64,000 nt of DNA from Rhizophagus irregularis (GCF_026210795.1 NC_089436.1:1922001-1986000); one strand, 5' to 3'. Positions 26,344 to 39,998 are shown, counted from the stretch's first letter. The notes: generated by a model from the sequence alone, not told the origin. Made by a program: numbers and translations.

Positions 26344-28448
26344 TTTTTTTTTTTAATACTTTATTATAGATGCGATCATGTCCTATTATAATCACGCTTA
26401 CTTACATATATAAACTTACAAAATATAAGATAAATAAATACATATAAGAATTAAGCATTATAAAACAAGACTACTTTTCATAAAGAACAAGTCGACCTGT
26501 CACCTAAACGATCACATCATTGTTAAAAACCATGATGCGACCTCAAATTCAAAGGTGACTGTCATGATCTACCTAAAAATTTGCTCAATGACCGTCTCGA
26601 TGGAATGCCAAATCATTCCATTTATTCAATTACTTTCTAATATCTTACAGCCAACATCTTTAACACCCACTTCAGTGCGTTTACTATGTGACTTAGCTTT
26701 TTTATTTTTACCGCTAATACCGCACCGCTTTTCTTCCTTTATTTGTAACTTGTTCCTTAGTTCCCAAATAAGCACTTTGAATTCTAATAAAACTCTCCCA
26801 GTTATTTGTTTCAGTACCTTATACAACAATTTTTCTTCAGTTATTTTATAGCACCTTAATAATTCTATTAACTGACAACTAACTTGATTCTTCATTAAAA
26901 ATGTAAAATCATATAAACATCCAATATCCCACATACCAAGCTCATTAATTTTACCTTTTAATTCTTGTGTATCTATATCATCTCTTGAATACTCCTGTAT
27001 AATTTTAGCTAAAAAAATTTTTAATCGCTACACATCATAAATAACGTGCATGTATGATTCTTTCTTTATTAAAAAAGCTGTATGTACATACTATCGAATA
27101 TAGAATGATGAAACGATTTATAATTAATTCTTTAAAACTACTAAAAGAAGTCTATATATTTTTCTTTCAAATAAAATTTGCCATATGTAAATATAATCAA
27201 ATATGAAATGATGTGAAACTAAAAAATAAATTCAATAGACAATCTGTCTATATATTTTTCTTTCTAACCAAATAGCCTTATGTAAATATTATCAGATAAG
27301 GAATGATTTAAAATCCTAAAATAATTATTCATTTTTTCCCTTTTGATAATTTGTTTCTTAATAATTAGCCATCCCACAAAAGAAAATAGAAAAACAAAAC
27401 AAGAATAACTAATTACTTATTTATACCTACTTAACACCACGAAATGTTCTTTATCTTACGAGCCCTTATTTCACATTAACCAATAACATAATTATAAGAC
27501 AATTTATAAGCAAGTCTTTTGTTTCTAACTCCATTACAATATGTCGTCAGAGTTTTAAGATCTCTGACACTATTCAACTTCCTATGAAATTCAGGCCTTG
27601 TAATCGGTATTTCTCTACGTACTTTACTAAAAATGACCAATTTTTTGAAATGATTTTGTAATAATTTTAAAATACTACAAAAATACATTTAATACATCAA
27701 AATGTTTTTATTATATTTTTGCTATTATTTTGTAATTGTATTGTATTTAGGTCTATAAAAATAACTCAAAATAATATCACAATAATTTTTTAATGTTTTT
27801 GTTATTATTTTATTATTATAATATAATTAACTTTGATATTATTTTAATATTTTAATCTCAAAAATACCTTAAATATATTTTGATATATTTTAAAAATTTT
27901 ACAAAATAATTGCACAATTGTTTTGAAAGCCATTGTATCTAGGTCTATAAAAATATTTCAAAAAATTGGCCATTTTTAGTAAAGTAGTATTTCTTACCAG
28001 GGAAGCACATACATTATCTTGTTCTCTAATTTCTAGCTCTTGAAAATTTGTAGTAATATTGTCGACCATAGTATTCTTACCAGCACTAGACGACTATTCT
28101 GCTACCTTAATATCTTCACGTTCAAAAGCAGCTTCTTTTTTCTTTCTTAATTCAAGAAAATATTCACTGTTGAAGGAATGGTTAATAAAAATATCTTCTT
28201 TCAACATGTTGTATTCTAATCTACTTGTAACTTGGTCTAACAGAAACTCCAATTCCTTGTTTGATATATAATGTTTCTTAAGAATATCACATCTTCGTTT
28301 CAATTGATGTTTGGAAACTACTGGCTTTGACTCAAATCTATTATTAGTGTAATTCCATTTATTCTTATGATTTTTGAGGCTATTCGTAAATCTCTTTTTA
28401 TACTTCTCTTGTTCTTTCATCATTTTTCGCTAGATTTGTTACTGTACC
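26344..28448 (-). mobile_element. Internally deleted non-LTR retroelement with poly(A) tail
   Basis: Poly(T) at 26342-26354 on plus, long TSD aaaaacgc(c/t)agaatcatt, a LINE-type C-terminus (IWELRNKLQIKEEKRCGI) and a 5' ORF at 28094-28423. Confidence 0.75.
27620..27986. mobile_element. MITE inside the deleted LINE
   Basis: ~32-bp TIR tactttactaaaaatgaccaattttttgaaat / atttcaaaaaattggccatttttagtaaagta. Confidence 0.8.
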
Positions 28449-31304
28449 AAAAACGCTAGAATCATTATAAGTTTCAGTGTTATTTAATTTATTTGACCAA
28501 AATATATGTCAGATCAACGGGTCAGCCGGTCAGATCAGGTACCGATCAGCACTAACCCAACTCGTATCAGGTCATAAATTTGATGACCTGACCTGAATAT
28601 TTCAGGTCAACCCGTTGGGTCACCCAATCTGTCAGGTCAGGTTGTGAAGCTCTAATTACCCCTCCCGTTATTTTACAGCCCTCGTTTATATTACATGATA
28701 ATTATGTGATAAAATATATTTTAATTTTATGTCTGTAATGTATATAAAATCATAACCGTCTAACCCTAAACTAACCCTAAGTCTTGTACTAAATGTCAAT
28801 TATCAAACAACTTTAAAATTTTAATAGGTTTTTTATTGCTTTATTGTTTTTTTATTGCAAATATATATTAAATTACTACATAAATCCTAACCTCCTAACT
28901 TTAAACTAACCTTAAGTCTCATACTTAACGCAAATTATATATTAAATTACTATAGATCTTAACCACCTAACCCTAAACTAACCCTAAGTCTTGCATTCAA
29001 CGCAATTATTATTTAACACAACTATTAAGTAACTTTAAATTTTAGCATGTAAGAATATATAAATCTTCTATTTACTTTTTACATGTTCTTGCATTATGTC
29101 CTATTTCTTTACATTTACTATATATATATTCCTTTTTATTGGCATTTTCTTTACCTAAAATATTACCACTGCTTTTCCCAGAAATTTCTATACTAGATTT
29201 TAATCTTTTGTTAGCAGGACGACCTTTTGCAATAAGTTTTAATGGTTCATTAATCTCATCCGTTGCATATACTCTTCCATTAGCTTTAAAAACAATTTTA
29301 CTATTAATTTCTGCACTTCTTACATTTTTATTTACTACATTATCAATTGTTCTCAATCTCCTATTTGATTCTTGCATCTCACGAAGTTTTTTTTTTTCCA
29401 ATAAATTTATTTAAAAAATCTTTTAATTCATCATTCACATCTTCTATTGCTAATTGAGAAGCCTTTCTTGAAAGTCCTGTTAAAATAGCATACTCATTTT
29501 TTTAAAAGCTTGTTTTTGAATAGTAGGTGATTGATAGCATTGATTAAAAATATTTGTTTATGTAAAGTCAATATCAATTAGCTGATCTCTATCTGATTTA
29601 TTAATATTATGCACATTATTACATTCATTACCAAGTGTAACAACTGGTAAATTATTAATTTTCATCAAATTTGATTGTAAATATTCCTTATACCATCTTT
29701 TTGGAATCATATTAATATGAAATTTCGCAAAATTAGATTCCATCATTACTTTAAAATAATGGCGGCAAATTACTCCACTATTAGCTAATAATAAACAGGT
29801 ACATGCATGCCAGCCATTTTTTAAGATTACTACATATTGACAAGAAGTTGGTAAACGAGCCAATAATGATTCAACTTTCAAAATTTCACGTATATCATCA
29901 ATATTAAATTCTTGTAAAAGAAGTTTTTTTTATCTTCATACTTATCTTCAATAAATATGGCAATTGTTGATTCATCTTTATTGTTAATTAATTCTGGATT
30001 AATTTGATTCTCTAAATCTAATTCTTCTTGATAATGTAATAATTCAAAAATATCATTGTCTCCAATTAGTTTTGCATGATAAGTTGAAGCTTCACAAATT
30101 TGTTTTTGATGTTCTGCACATAAGGAAGAGAATAACCATTCGTTTAATAGTATATTAACTTTCCAAAATACACTTGTAACCATTAGAGGTTGAAAATAAT
30201 GTGTTTTTGAATGCTTAAACATCAAAAATCTAAATAAGCAATATTAGAATTATTATACTAAAATTAAACAATATATACCAAACTAACTATACACTTTTAA
30301 CTACCTTTTATTCATATTTTTGGTCTCAAGCCTTTCAATTATTTTATGAAATGTATTTGTAAGAGACATGCTAACTTCTATTTCTCTGTGTAATATTCCA
30401 TTAAGACCTTCTATACGCTGGGTGGATTGCATACCTGCTGTAAAAAATTTACTAAGAGTGTAACAAGATGTCCAAGATTCTTTACATTTATAAAGAGTAT
30501 TTTGAAGATAGTTTTCAGCTTGACAGTAAGTATTCTTTAAATTATTCCAATTAACTTCAAATATTTCTTCAGATAAAGAATTTCGTATTTTATAAAATTC
30601 ACTAACAAACTTTAAATAATCCTTTCCCAATATATCTTTTAATTTACGAGGTAAATTTTGATGAATATGAAATATACAATGTATATGATGGGTGTTTGGT
30701 AATTCTTGCTGGATAGCACCAATAAGGATGGCGCCGAAATTGCTTTTTCAAATCTGCAATATTGCGGATTTAAGAATTTAATTGTGCATATGAGTCCGCA
30801 AATCCGCAACGAATCCACAAATCCGCAATGAATCCGCAAGTCCACAATGAATCCGCAAGTCCGCAACGAATCCACAAATCAATACTGTATCGCAAATCCG
30901 CAATGAATCCGCAAGTCCACAATAAATCTGCAAATCCGCAACGAATCCGCAAATGAATACTGTATCACAAATCTGTAATGAATCCGCAAATCAATACTGT
31001 ATCACAAATCCGCAATGAATCCGCAAGTCCGCAATAAATCCGTAACCAAGCACTGTATCACAAATCCGCAATGTTTAAAATAATATCAAGTAAAAAACCA
31101 TCAAGTCAAAATAAAGAATTCATCATCCCGACATATTAAAAATTGTTGAAATTAGAACTGTTATCTTTATAATTTTTTTTTTGTCAAAGTTATTATACTG
31201 AATTAAACATACTATTTATTCATCACAATCAACATCGTCTGATGATGATATCATGTTATACCAAGACTTCTTTGATTCAATTTTATCCACTTTTTACTCG
31301 TAAT

Positions 31305-31712
31305 ATTTCTGGACAATTTTGTCCACTTTTTTTTCTATCATTTTTGGACATTCATTGCTTCTGGACAATTTTGTCCACTTTTTTTTCTATCATTTTTAGA
31401 CATTCATCGCTTCTGGACAATTTTGTCCACTTTTTTTTCTATCATTTTTGGACATTCATCATCGCTTCTGAACAATTTTGTCCACTTTTTTTTCTATCAT
31501 TCATCGCTTCTGGACAATTTTGTCCACTTTTTTTTCTATCATTTTTGGACATTCATCATCGCTTCTGGACAATTTTGTCCACCTTTTTTTCTATCATTTT
31601 TGGACATTCATCGCTTCTGGACAATTTTGTCTACTTTTTTTCTTGTATCATTTCTGGACAATTTTGGTCACCTTATTCCTTGTATTGCTTCTGGACAATT
31701 TTGTCCAATTTT
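31305..31712. repeat. ~44-47-bp tandem array with a palindromic core
   Basis: Units ttctggacaattttgtccactttttttctatcatttttggacattcatcgc with core TGGACAA-TT-TTGTCCA. Confidence 0.9.
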
Positions 31713-31861
31713 TCTCTTTGTCCAGTTAAATTTACAAATTTTCACATTATTACAATTAGGCGTGATCTTAATCAATCAACATCTTGTACTATTAAATCAT
31801 ACTTTAAAAATGATATTGATGACAAACTCTTTTAATTTCAAGTTTTGCTCTTTATAACGTC

Positions 31862-34139
31862 ATGTCAAGCGGTCCTTCTGAGGTAAGCAAAGGTCGACCA
31901 CCATCAGATGTATGGTGTAATCATATGATACAAGGTAAAATGCAGTTGAGAGGACACTATTTAGCGACGTGTAGTTACTGTCAACAATACTGGAGATAGG
32001 GAAGGCCCCAAGTCCTTCGTGCACATTTGGCGAACTACTGTAAAAAATGCCCTGATAATGTTTCATTGCATTTTGCCAAAATTGTCGGGAAAGTCTTGCT
32101 AAAGAAGAGGAAGAAAGCGCAGATGAAGATGAATCAGTTTATCCTAACAAAAGGGCTCGACAAACGGAAATTAAGAATTTTTACGGAGGAAGTAAAATAG
32201 AAAAAGGACGGAGTGATGAATTAGACCAGGTGATAACGAAAGCCTACGTGATGTGCAACATACCCTTTAGCACAATCGATAATCTTTGGTTTATCGACAT
32301 GATAAAGGCGCTGGAGCCAGGATACGATCCACCTTCACGACGAGTACTAAGCGGTACTTTATTGGAGGCAGAATTATCCAGAGTCAATGCACGAGTCAAC
32401 AATGAATTAGAAAAAAAGTCTAATTTTACTATCGGTAAATCTATAATTTCTATAATTGCTTCAAAATATTTTATTGAAAAAATAACTATCCATGTATTTT
32501 TTATTAGCTCTTGATGGTTAGACGGACCCTCGAGGGAATAACCTATGGGCGTTTATTTTGCTAACACCATCGAGAAAGGAATATTTATTACAACTTGAAG
32601 ACCTTTCTAAAAATTCACATACCGCAGAATATTTATCAAATGTTATAAATGATATAATTTGTAAAGTGGGTATAAGCAAAATTGTCGCTATTGTCAGCGA
32701 TAATGCTGCCAATGTCGCAAGTGCCCGTCGAATAATCACGAATGAACATCCATCCATTATCAATATACGATGCATCGCCCATTGCATCAATCTGATAAGT
32801 AGTGATATTGTCAAAGTAGATCAAGTTAAATGTCTTGTAAAACGAGCAAATATTTTAACAAGATACTTCAAAAATTCAACCCTTGCCAGCACTTGGCTTA
32901 AAGAAGCGATTGATGCAAAAAATATTGCAGGTGGAGGGCTGAAAACGTACATCAAAATAAGATGGACGACAGTCCATAAATGTACATCTTCGGTGTACAG
33001 ATTAAAAGATGCTTTATTACATGTACGTATACTTTATATTTAAATGAATAATAATTAAAACCTAATACTTAAAACCTAATACAAAAATGTTTATTCAATT
33101 AAGTCCTGGACAATCATGAACGCGAAATCTCTAATGAAGCTGTAAAAGCAATTTTGAAAAAAAGAGGGTTTTTTGATGACATTTGTATTTTATCGGATAT
33201 TTTGGAGCTGATAAAAAAAGCAATTCTCATGTTAGAAGGAAGTAATGTAACTTTAGCAGATTGTTATCTGCATCTTCTTCGTATCGCAGCATTTTTTAAG
33301 TCAATGCCAACTGATGATTATAAAGAGTTAAGAAACTCTTGTATTAGCATTTTTAATAAGCGGTAATGTATTCAGTTAGTATCTTTAATAGAAGATTCAA
33401 AATTAATGTTTAATTTTAAATATTTTTTTAATAGATATAAAGAGTTTGACGAGGATATCTATTTGTTAGGCTTCTTCCTTCATCCTAAATACCGAGGTAA
33501 TTATTTTTTTTATTGTTATTTAAATTCATTTAATAATATAATTTTACAAATTTGTTAGGACATGGAATACGTGATAATCAATTTGAGCGTCTTAGAAAGT
33601 GTGCCCTTCGAATCTGGAAAAACCTTGGGCATAAAAAAAATTCTGGATTAGAACTTGATGCACAACTTCGTGCATACTTTGATAATTCTGAACCATATAA
33701 CACGTCTTATTCAGTTCATGACACAGCTTACCATTGGTGGAATTCCATAGTTGATAGGAAATTTTCTTCTCTTTCGCGACTAGCTAAAGTAATATTTTCA
33801 ATAACCCCACACTCGGCAAGTTGTGAAAGATTATTTTCAGCCATGGGATGGCTCTTTGGTAGGAGACGTATAAATTTGCAACCAGAAACTATAGAAACAA
33901 TGGCGAAAATATATCTTTATTCTCTCAAACATGCTAAAAAAGACTTAAATTATACAAGTAACGTTGATAGCAGTTCAAAGTTAGATGATGATATTCAACT
34001 CATGCTGAATACAGTATTTGAAGAAGAAGAAGAAATTATGAATGAGAATGATGATGATAGTTTTAATGAACATCAATCTGATGAAACAAGTATGAATGAT
34101 GAAACATTAGATAGAAAGACGTTCGTTCGACAAACTTGA
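31862..34139 (+). pseudogene. hAT transposase (BED finger, DUF659-like core, C-terminal dimerisation domain), intron-containing and disrupted
   Basis: VW...CSYC...HL...C, YDPPSRRVLS, ALDG*TD, VSDNAAN, RCIAHCINL, RWTT, FFLHPKYR and PHSASCERLFSAMGW, with in-frame stops and a frameshift. Confidence 0.9.
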
Positions 34140-36461
34140 AATTGATCGATGAGTTTCTAATGTAGGAATTTGGGACAAAAATACTTCATAATATTCTTGT
34201 TTAACGAAAAAATCACACTTACGGCACCCAGCTTTCGCAAGTTGCGTACTCGTGATTTCTTCATTAAATAACCTTCGTAATCGATCGCATCCTACTCTAT
34301 TTCTTTGTTCCATTTTGTCGCCAATTTTAAGCACAGACCGTATGAACTGAATAACCCAAGATTTTGCAGTTTTTATATTATTTTTAGGGTCAGTTCTTAA
34401 TTTTTCTCCAAGTTTAAATAGATCATCATAAATTTGGACTAAGGACACCAAATGTAATAAATTAAAAGATTTAGCGGCTATAACAAAATTTTCACATTGT
34501 AATTCTTGCCTTCGCCATTGATCGATTCGATCTTTAGCAGATTTCTCATCAACGATTTTGACTGGGTCATCTTTCAGCATTTCATTCAAGTTATTGGATA
34601 TATCTGATATATCTAATACTTTTAATTCTTCAGAAGCAATTAGTTCACCATTAAACGATAAATCTGCTAACAAAATATCATGAAGTTTCTTTCCCTTTTT
34701 GAATAATAACAATTGGGTAGAATTTAATAATTTGGCTTTATCATCGTCGTCGTCGTCATCATCATCTGAGAAATTACATTTTCGTACAATGGATTTTGAT
34801 AACAACATAGATGTTGATGCTTCTAATTCTTCCAATTCCTCCATTTCTGAAGCTAGTGCTTGTGATTCTGCTGATTCTACTGATTCCTCCACTGCCATTT
34901 CTGAAAGTGCTCGTGATTCTGCCACACTTGATTCTGCTGATTTCGCCAATGTCATTTCTGGAGGTACCTCCGCCGATGAATTCATTTCTGAAGTTGGTAC
35001 TCGTGATTCTATAAATACGATCACTTCTCTAGTTGGCACTTGTGTTGCTAATTTTACTTTAGATGTTATTGATCTTGTTGGTGGTTTTATCGATGTTTCT
35101 ACTTCAGTGGTTGATGCTCGTGCTCTCAATCTTGATGCTGGAACTACTTTGTATTGTGAAGGTGGGTTAGATTCATTAATTTCACTGTTGCCAGATTTAC
35201 CCCTAGTAGAACTTGAATTTGCAGCTTCAGCAGGTTGAAAATTGTTATCCTCATCATCCTTTGCAGTACCTAGAAAATTTAGATATAAATATTATAAGAA
35301 AAATATAATAATCAAGAACAATTTCAGAATTTGATAAATTTAACTTACAGAAGCTACTAATTTTTGCAATCCAATTATCAATATCATCATAATAATTCTT
35401 CATTGTGTTCCAGCTGCGGTACGCAGGTAAGGTTGTACTAGCCCACATTATGTCAGAAATAGAAACATCATTTTTTATGTGATCTTGTCTGCCAAACTTT
35501 TCGATACAGCGCAGATTCAAATTTGACCAAATTTTTGTTTCAGTATCAGAGGTTGAAAGATTATTTATGGATAAATCACTGTTTAACACACGGGCAAGTT
35601 CTGAATAGTTAGGCTTAAGATATAATGACGAGCTGGGAGAGGATTCTAGACATGTGTGTTCGGGTGTTGAATATTGTAACAATTCTTTTAATGATTCATT
35701 CACACTACCAGTTGTACGAGATGTACTAGTTGAACGTGTATTTTCTGGCTATTATTAGAAAATATATAAATAAACAAATAAAATATAAACAAAATTAAGA
35801 TATAAATATTAAAATTCATTCACATATTTACCTGTAAACGAATTACTTCGTATCTACCTTTATATAATTCATATAGCGATTTGTAGCGTTCAAGTTTAGC
35901 CAAATTACCCTAAAAAGTAATGAATTTTGTCCAGAAATGAAATTATTTGTTCTAAAATGAAATGGTTCTGATACCAAGGGAAAAAAGTGGTTCAGAAACG
36001 AAAAGTGGACAAAATTATCCAGAAACGGAAATTCAAGGAAAAAAGGTAGAACAAAAAAAAGTGGACAAAATTGTCCAGAAATGAAAATTCAAGAGAAAAA
36101 GGTAGAACAAAAAAAAGTGGATAAAATTGTCCAGAAACGAAAATTCAAGGGAAAAAAGTGGACTGAAAAAAAAAATTATAAACGAAATCGAAATCATTTA
36201 AAAAAGGGCCTTATGGAATACCTTATTGATGAATGTAAAATCTAAAGATGATTCTTGCAAGTCAAAATAAACGCGTCCTTCATTCTTTTTGAAAGATAAT
36301 CTTACTTTATCTTGGTCGAAATTACATGATTCAATTTTTTTATTAGACTTTGTCCAAATAATTGACAGTGCTAATGAAATTAATTCTTCATCTTCGGGCA
36401 ATAGCTCAACTTTTTTTCCACGAATCTTTAAATTAAGAGCCGAAGAAGGTGTTTTTGACAT
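34107..36461 (-). CDS. Second, multi-exon hAT-internal gene of unknown function (may be disrupted)
   Basis: ORFs 36198-36461, 35254-35703 and 34107-35129, plus a small exon GNLAKLERYKSLYELYKGRYEVIRLQ with GT-AG boundaries. A Ser/Glu-rich linker precedes a helical C-terminal domain. Confidence 0.65.
35920..36165. repeat. Inverted copy of the TGGACAA palindrome array, in the first intron of the second hAT gene
   Basis: Units aaaaaagtggacaaaattgtccagaaa. Confidence 0.85.
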
Positions 36462-37924
36462 TGATAATAAATTGTAGAAAAAAGTAAATAGAAAAAGAAG
36501 AATTTAGATACACTGATTGTTTTGATGTTTTGATGCATTATATTATAATAGAGTGAGTAATAATACTAAATTTGATGATTCGATGTAAATATATAGATTG
36601 AGTAATGATTGGTACGACTAATACATGATGAAGTGATACAGTATTTAATTGGTGAATTTGTGGATTTTTTACAGATTTGCGGATAATTGCGGTTTGCAGA
36701 TTTGCGGATATTTAGACTTCTGAAATCTGCAAATCCGCAATATTGCGGATTCGCAATTAATCCGCAATTGCCCAATTACGGCACCATCCTTAAGCACCAA
36801 TCATCGCTGGATCCACGTTAGTAATTATTACACCTGGTTCAATAGAAGTTCGTTTTAGGCATTGTAAAATCCAAAGATATGTCTCTAGGGTTTCGGTTTG
36901 TACAAATGCTTGTGCAATCAGTCATGTTTTATTATCACAGTCTACAATAACAAATAAAGATAATGGCCACTTATAGTGATTTGTAAGTGCTGTATTATTA
37001 TGTAAAACAACATCATTATATTGACTATAAAGCATTTGTTAATCAGAAGTCATCCAGAAAATTCCATTTAAACGAGATGTGAAAGGATCAACTTGAGGTA
37101 CAGTCAACTCTCTTTATAGTCACACATTTGGGACAGTCCATATTTGGTGATTATAAAGAGATGTGACTATATAAAAAATTTCTTATATTTGTATATCATA
37201 ATTCCGGCCAAAAATTAACATAATTTTAGCCAGAATTATACTTAAAACTTTATTGTATCGTAACTTCGCCAATATTAATCGTAGAGAGATGATCTTATCG
37301 CCATTCGATTCGTCTTGATGAGACGGTTCTAATGGTATAAAATACGTCGAAATCCAATCACTAGATTAATTTCCGAAATTAAAAAAATATTAATGGTTTT
37401 TGTGTAATAACTCTGTCAATATTGATTCTAGAAAGACGATCTTACTACCATTCGATTCGTCTTGATGAGACGAATCTAATGGTATAAGATACATCGAAAT
37501 CCAATCACTAGATCAATTTCCGAAATTAAAAAATATTAAATGGTTTTTAAGTAATAACTCCGTCAATATTGATCACAGAGAGATGAGCTTACCACCATTC
37601 GATTCGTCTCGATGAGGCGATTCCAACGAGCTATAAATCATCATTTTACAATCACTAGGTACCGAGATATCTAGCAAAATGTTAAATGGCACAGTAAACG
37701 TAAATCAAGAAATATAATAATGCCGATGTTTAACATTTTGTTGAATAACTCGTCAGCCAGTGATCGGAAAAGGATAAAACTAAAAACTAAAACTAAAAAC
37801 TAACTCTCTCCCGTTCTGCTCACTTGACAATATTTACGAAAAAAATAAAAAATTTTTTCGGAGTTTTTTATTACTTTTTCTTTATAATTTCTTTATTTTA
37901 GATAACTACTACGACACTTTACAA

Positions 37925-39949
37925 ATGGGTAAAGATAACAAAAAGAAAAATAACCAGTCTAACAAAGATACTACATCTAAACGTCCTGCCTCTAGCTCTC
38001 CAACTGGCAACGTTTCTGGTCAAGGTTCCTCTATGTCTGGCCCTTCGAATACTCCACCTTCGACCACCTCTACTAATAAACGTACCAGAGTCAGTGCTGA
38101 AGCTACGTAAATGGATGTTGATAAACCTCTCACGCCTCCTGGCCCTGTTGAGACAACTTCCGCTGAGATACCTTCTCAACCCGATACCTCCTCTCTCGAT
38201 GCTTCGCAACACGCCCCTGCTAACAACAACGATAAAGGCAAAAGCCCTGAAATTACTCCCGTAGTCCTTCCCTGAACGTGCTGCCTCTCCGGACGCGTCC
38301 CAAGCTGCAGTGCAATCTCAACCTACACTTTTCTACGCCTCGGCCGCTCCTAATGACGTCGATGGCTTTTGGACTCACTTCGCTTCGAACCGCGACGCGT
38401 GCGACGCGGTTGATCGACAACTTTCCTTGTTCTCCTCTTATGGTAGTCGTGCCACGTGTAGTGGATCCAACGATTTGAAGAGGATCATCGTCCACTTCCG
38501 GAAAAAGGATGATCTTGACACAGCCACAGCTTCCCCCTATGGAATCTTTGTTTGGCTTGCATTTCCATGCATATGATCCCCAGGCTATTAAGGCTGATGA
38601 ACACGCGCGTACTCCTGGTGGTTACCGATATCCCCCTTTTTCTATCTGACGCTCTCTTGCGTGGTACCTTTTCTCGTTACGGCAATATTACTCGTTGCCA
38701 TACCCGTTTATCTAAACTTTATCGTACTGCATACATTACTTTTGAATCTACTGGTGCTTTACAGAACCTCGACTCTACCTGGGGCGTCCTTTGTGGAGGA
38801 CATTGTTTGCGAATTTGCCCCGCTACTTTCTCTCCTGACCAACGTGCTGAAAGACGCGCTTATGTTGCTTTACTTGCCGGTCTTCCGCGTGGTACTATAG
38901 CGGCCGATCTTGCTGAAATTGCCGATGAAATTTCCGCTAAATCTATCAACGTTCCCTTCTCTAGCGAATTCCTACAATCCCAAACCTTACGCCTATTGCC
39001 ACTTTGCCTCCGAAACGGCTATGGAAAATGCTAAATCTATTTCATGTGCGCCCCTCAAGAAAGTTGGCCTTACCTGGCATTCTCTGGATGAAGTCACTTC
39101 TCTTTGTCATCGATGTGGTCGCCCTAATTGTAACCCTGATCGATGTGGTTCTTCATCTAGACCTAATCGCCATCTCGCCCTTGGCGAATCAATGACAAAC
39201 TACGTGCTTTATATAACAAGCATCTGCCTCCTTCTCATCCTGCTAAACGACATAATCGTTTTGCCCGCCCTGATAACAATAATGATGGACAAAGCCGTAC
39301 CAATGCTTCTCGCCATCGTTCTAAATCCAGACCTAATAACCGACAACAATCTCGTTCTCGTTCTCAACGCCGACCATGGAATCGCGATAATCTCAATAAT
39401 AATAATAATGATCACGTCATCGCATTACCTGATGAAAAGGAACTTGATTATTATATTGATGGCATGGATGTTACGTACCCTGCTCCTCCTACTGTACTTA
39501 CTGATTGGAAATCTATTGGTGCTGCTCTTGAAAAAGTAGTTGCAGAATTAGCCCTTCTTACCACACAATTTGCTACCATGAACAGCCGCATCACTAATTT
39601 GGAATCTGCTATGGCTGCTCGTACTCCTATTCCTGGACCTTTTGTCACTAAACCTCCTTCCTACATCCCTTCCTCTATGCAAGGATGGGATGATACAGTG
39701 AATCGAACTGATAATAATATCCTCGTTGATGTTAATTCTCCCCCTTTGCAATCAACAAGTGGTTTTTCCCCGATTCCTCATTTTGCTCCCATTCCACCTT
39801 CCAACGTCGCTCCTTCCTCCCCTATTGATATGGAACAGCGTCTCTCCTCTCTTTCCGATACTGTTGCCTCTTTGGCTGGCTCGATTAAAGAAGGAATCCA
39901 ACAAAACAACCTCATCTTAGCTCAGCAACAAGGCCAAGCTAATCAATAA
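37925..39949 (+). pseudogene. LINE ORF1 (RRM-like domains, zinc knuckle-like motif, coiled coil), frameshifted
   Basis: VVTDIPLFLSDALLRGTFSRYGNI...AYITF, LLAGLPRG...YAYCHFASE and CHRCGRPNCNPDRC. One stop at 38110 and several indels. Confidence 0.8.
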
Positions 39950-39998
39950 TTGTTCTCTTTTTCCCCCTTCTTTATTACCGATTTATCAGTGTGTAATA

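Larger units (their letters stand above)
25778..28654. mobile_element. Non-autonomous hAT element inside the MULE left end
   Basis: TIR taaagctccgca/tgtgaagctcta, 8-bp TSD atcacccc/attacccc, and subterminal tgacc/ggtca repeats. Confidence 0.85.
30723..36792 (+). mobile_element. Full-length hAT transposon (6070 bp) carrying a transposase and a second, convergent gene
   Basis: 20-bp TIR taaggatgg(c/t)gccg(a/t)aattg, perfect 8-bp TSD agcaccaa (30715-30722, 36793-36800), and subterminal aatccgca repeats at both ends. Confidence 0.95.

Noticed and set aside
28755..28990. Telomere-like taaccct(a) units, also near 50540-50740 and 54030-54100
   Set aside because: They are short, degenerate and internal to transposons, not a telomeric tract.
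31305..31712. CRISPR-like array with palindromic repeats
   Set aside because: The intervening sequences are near-identical rather than unique spacers, there are no cas genes, and the context is a eukaryotic hAT element.
30639..31857. Several ORFs of 60-197 aa in the ORF track
   Set aside because: They are translations of tandem repeats (aatccgca and tggacaa arrays).
34699..35238. 179-aa plus-strand ORF
   Set aside because: It is the antisense shadow of the low-complexity Ser/Glu-rich region of the minus-strand gene.
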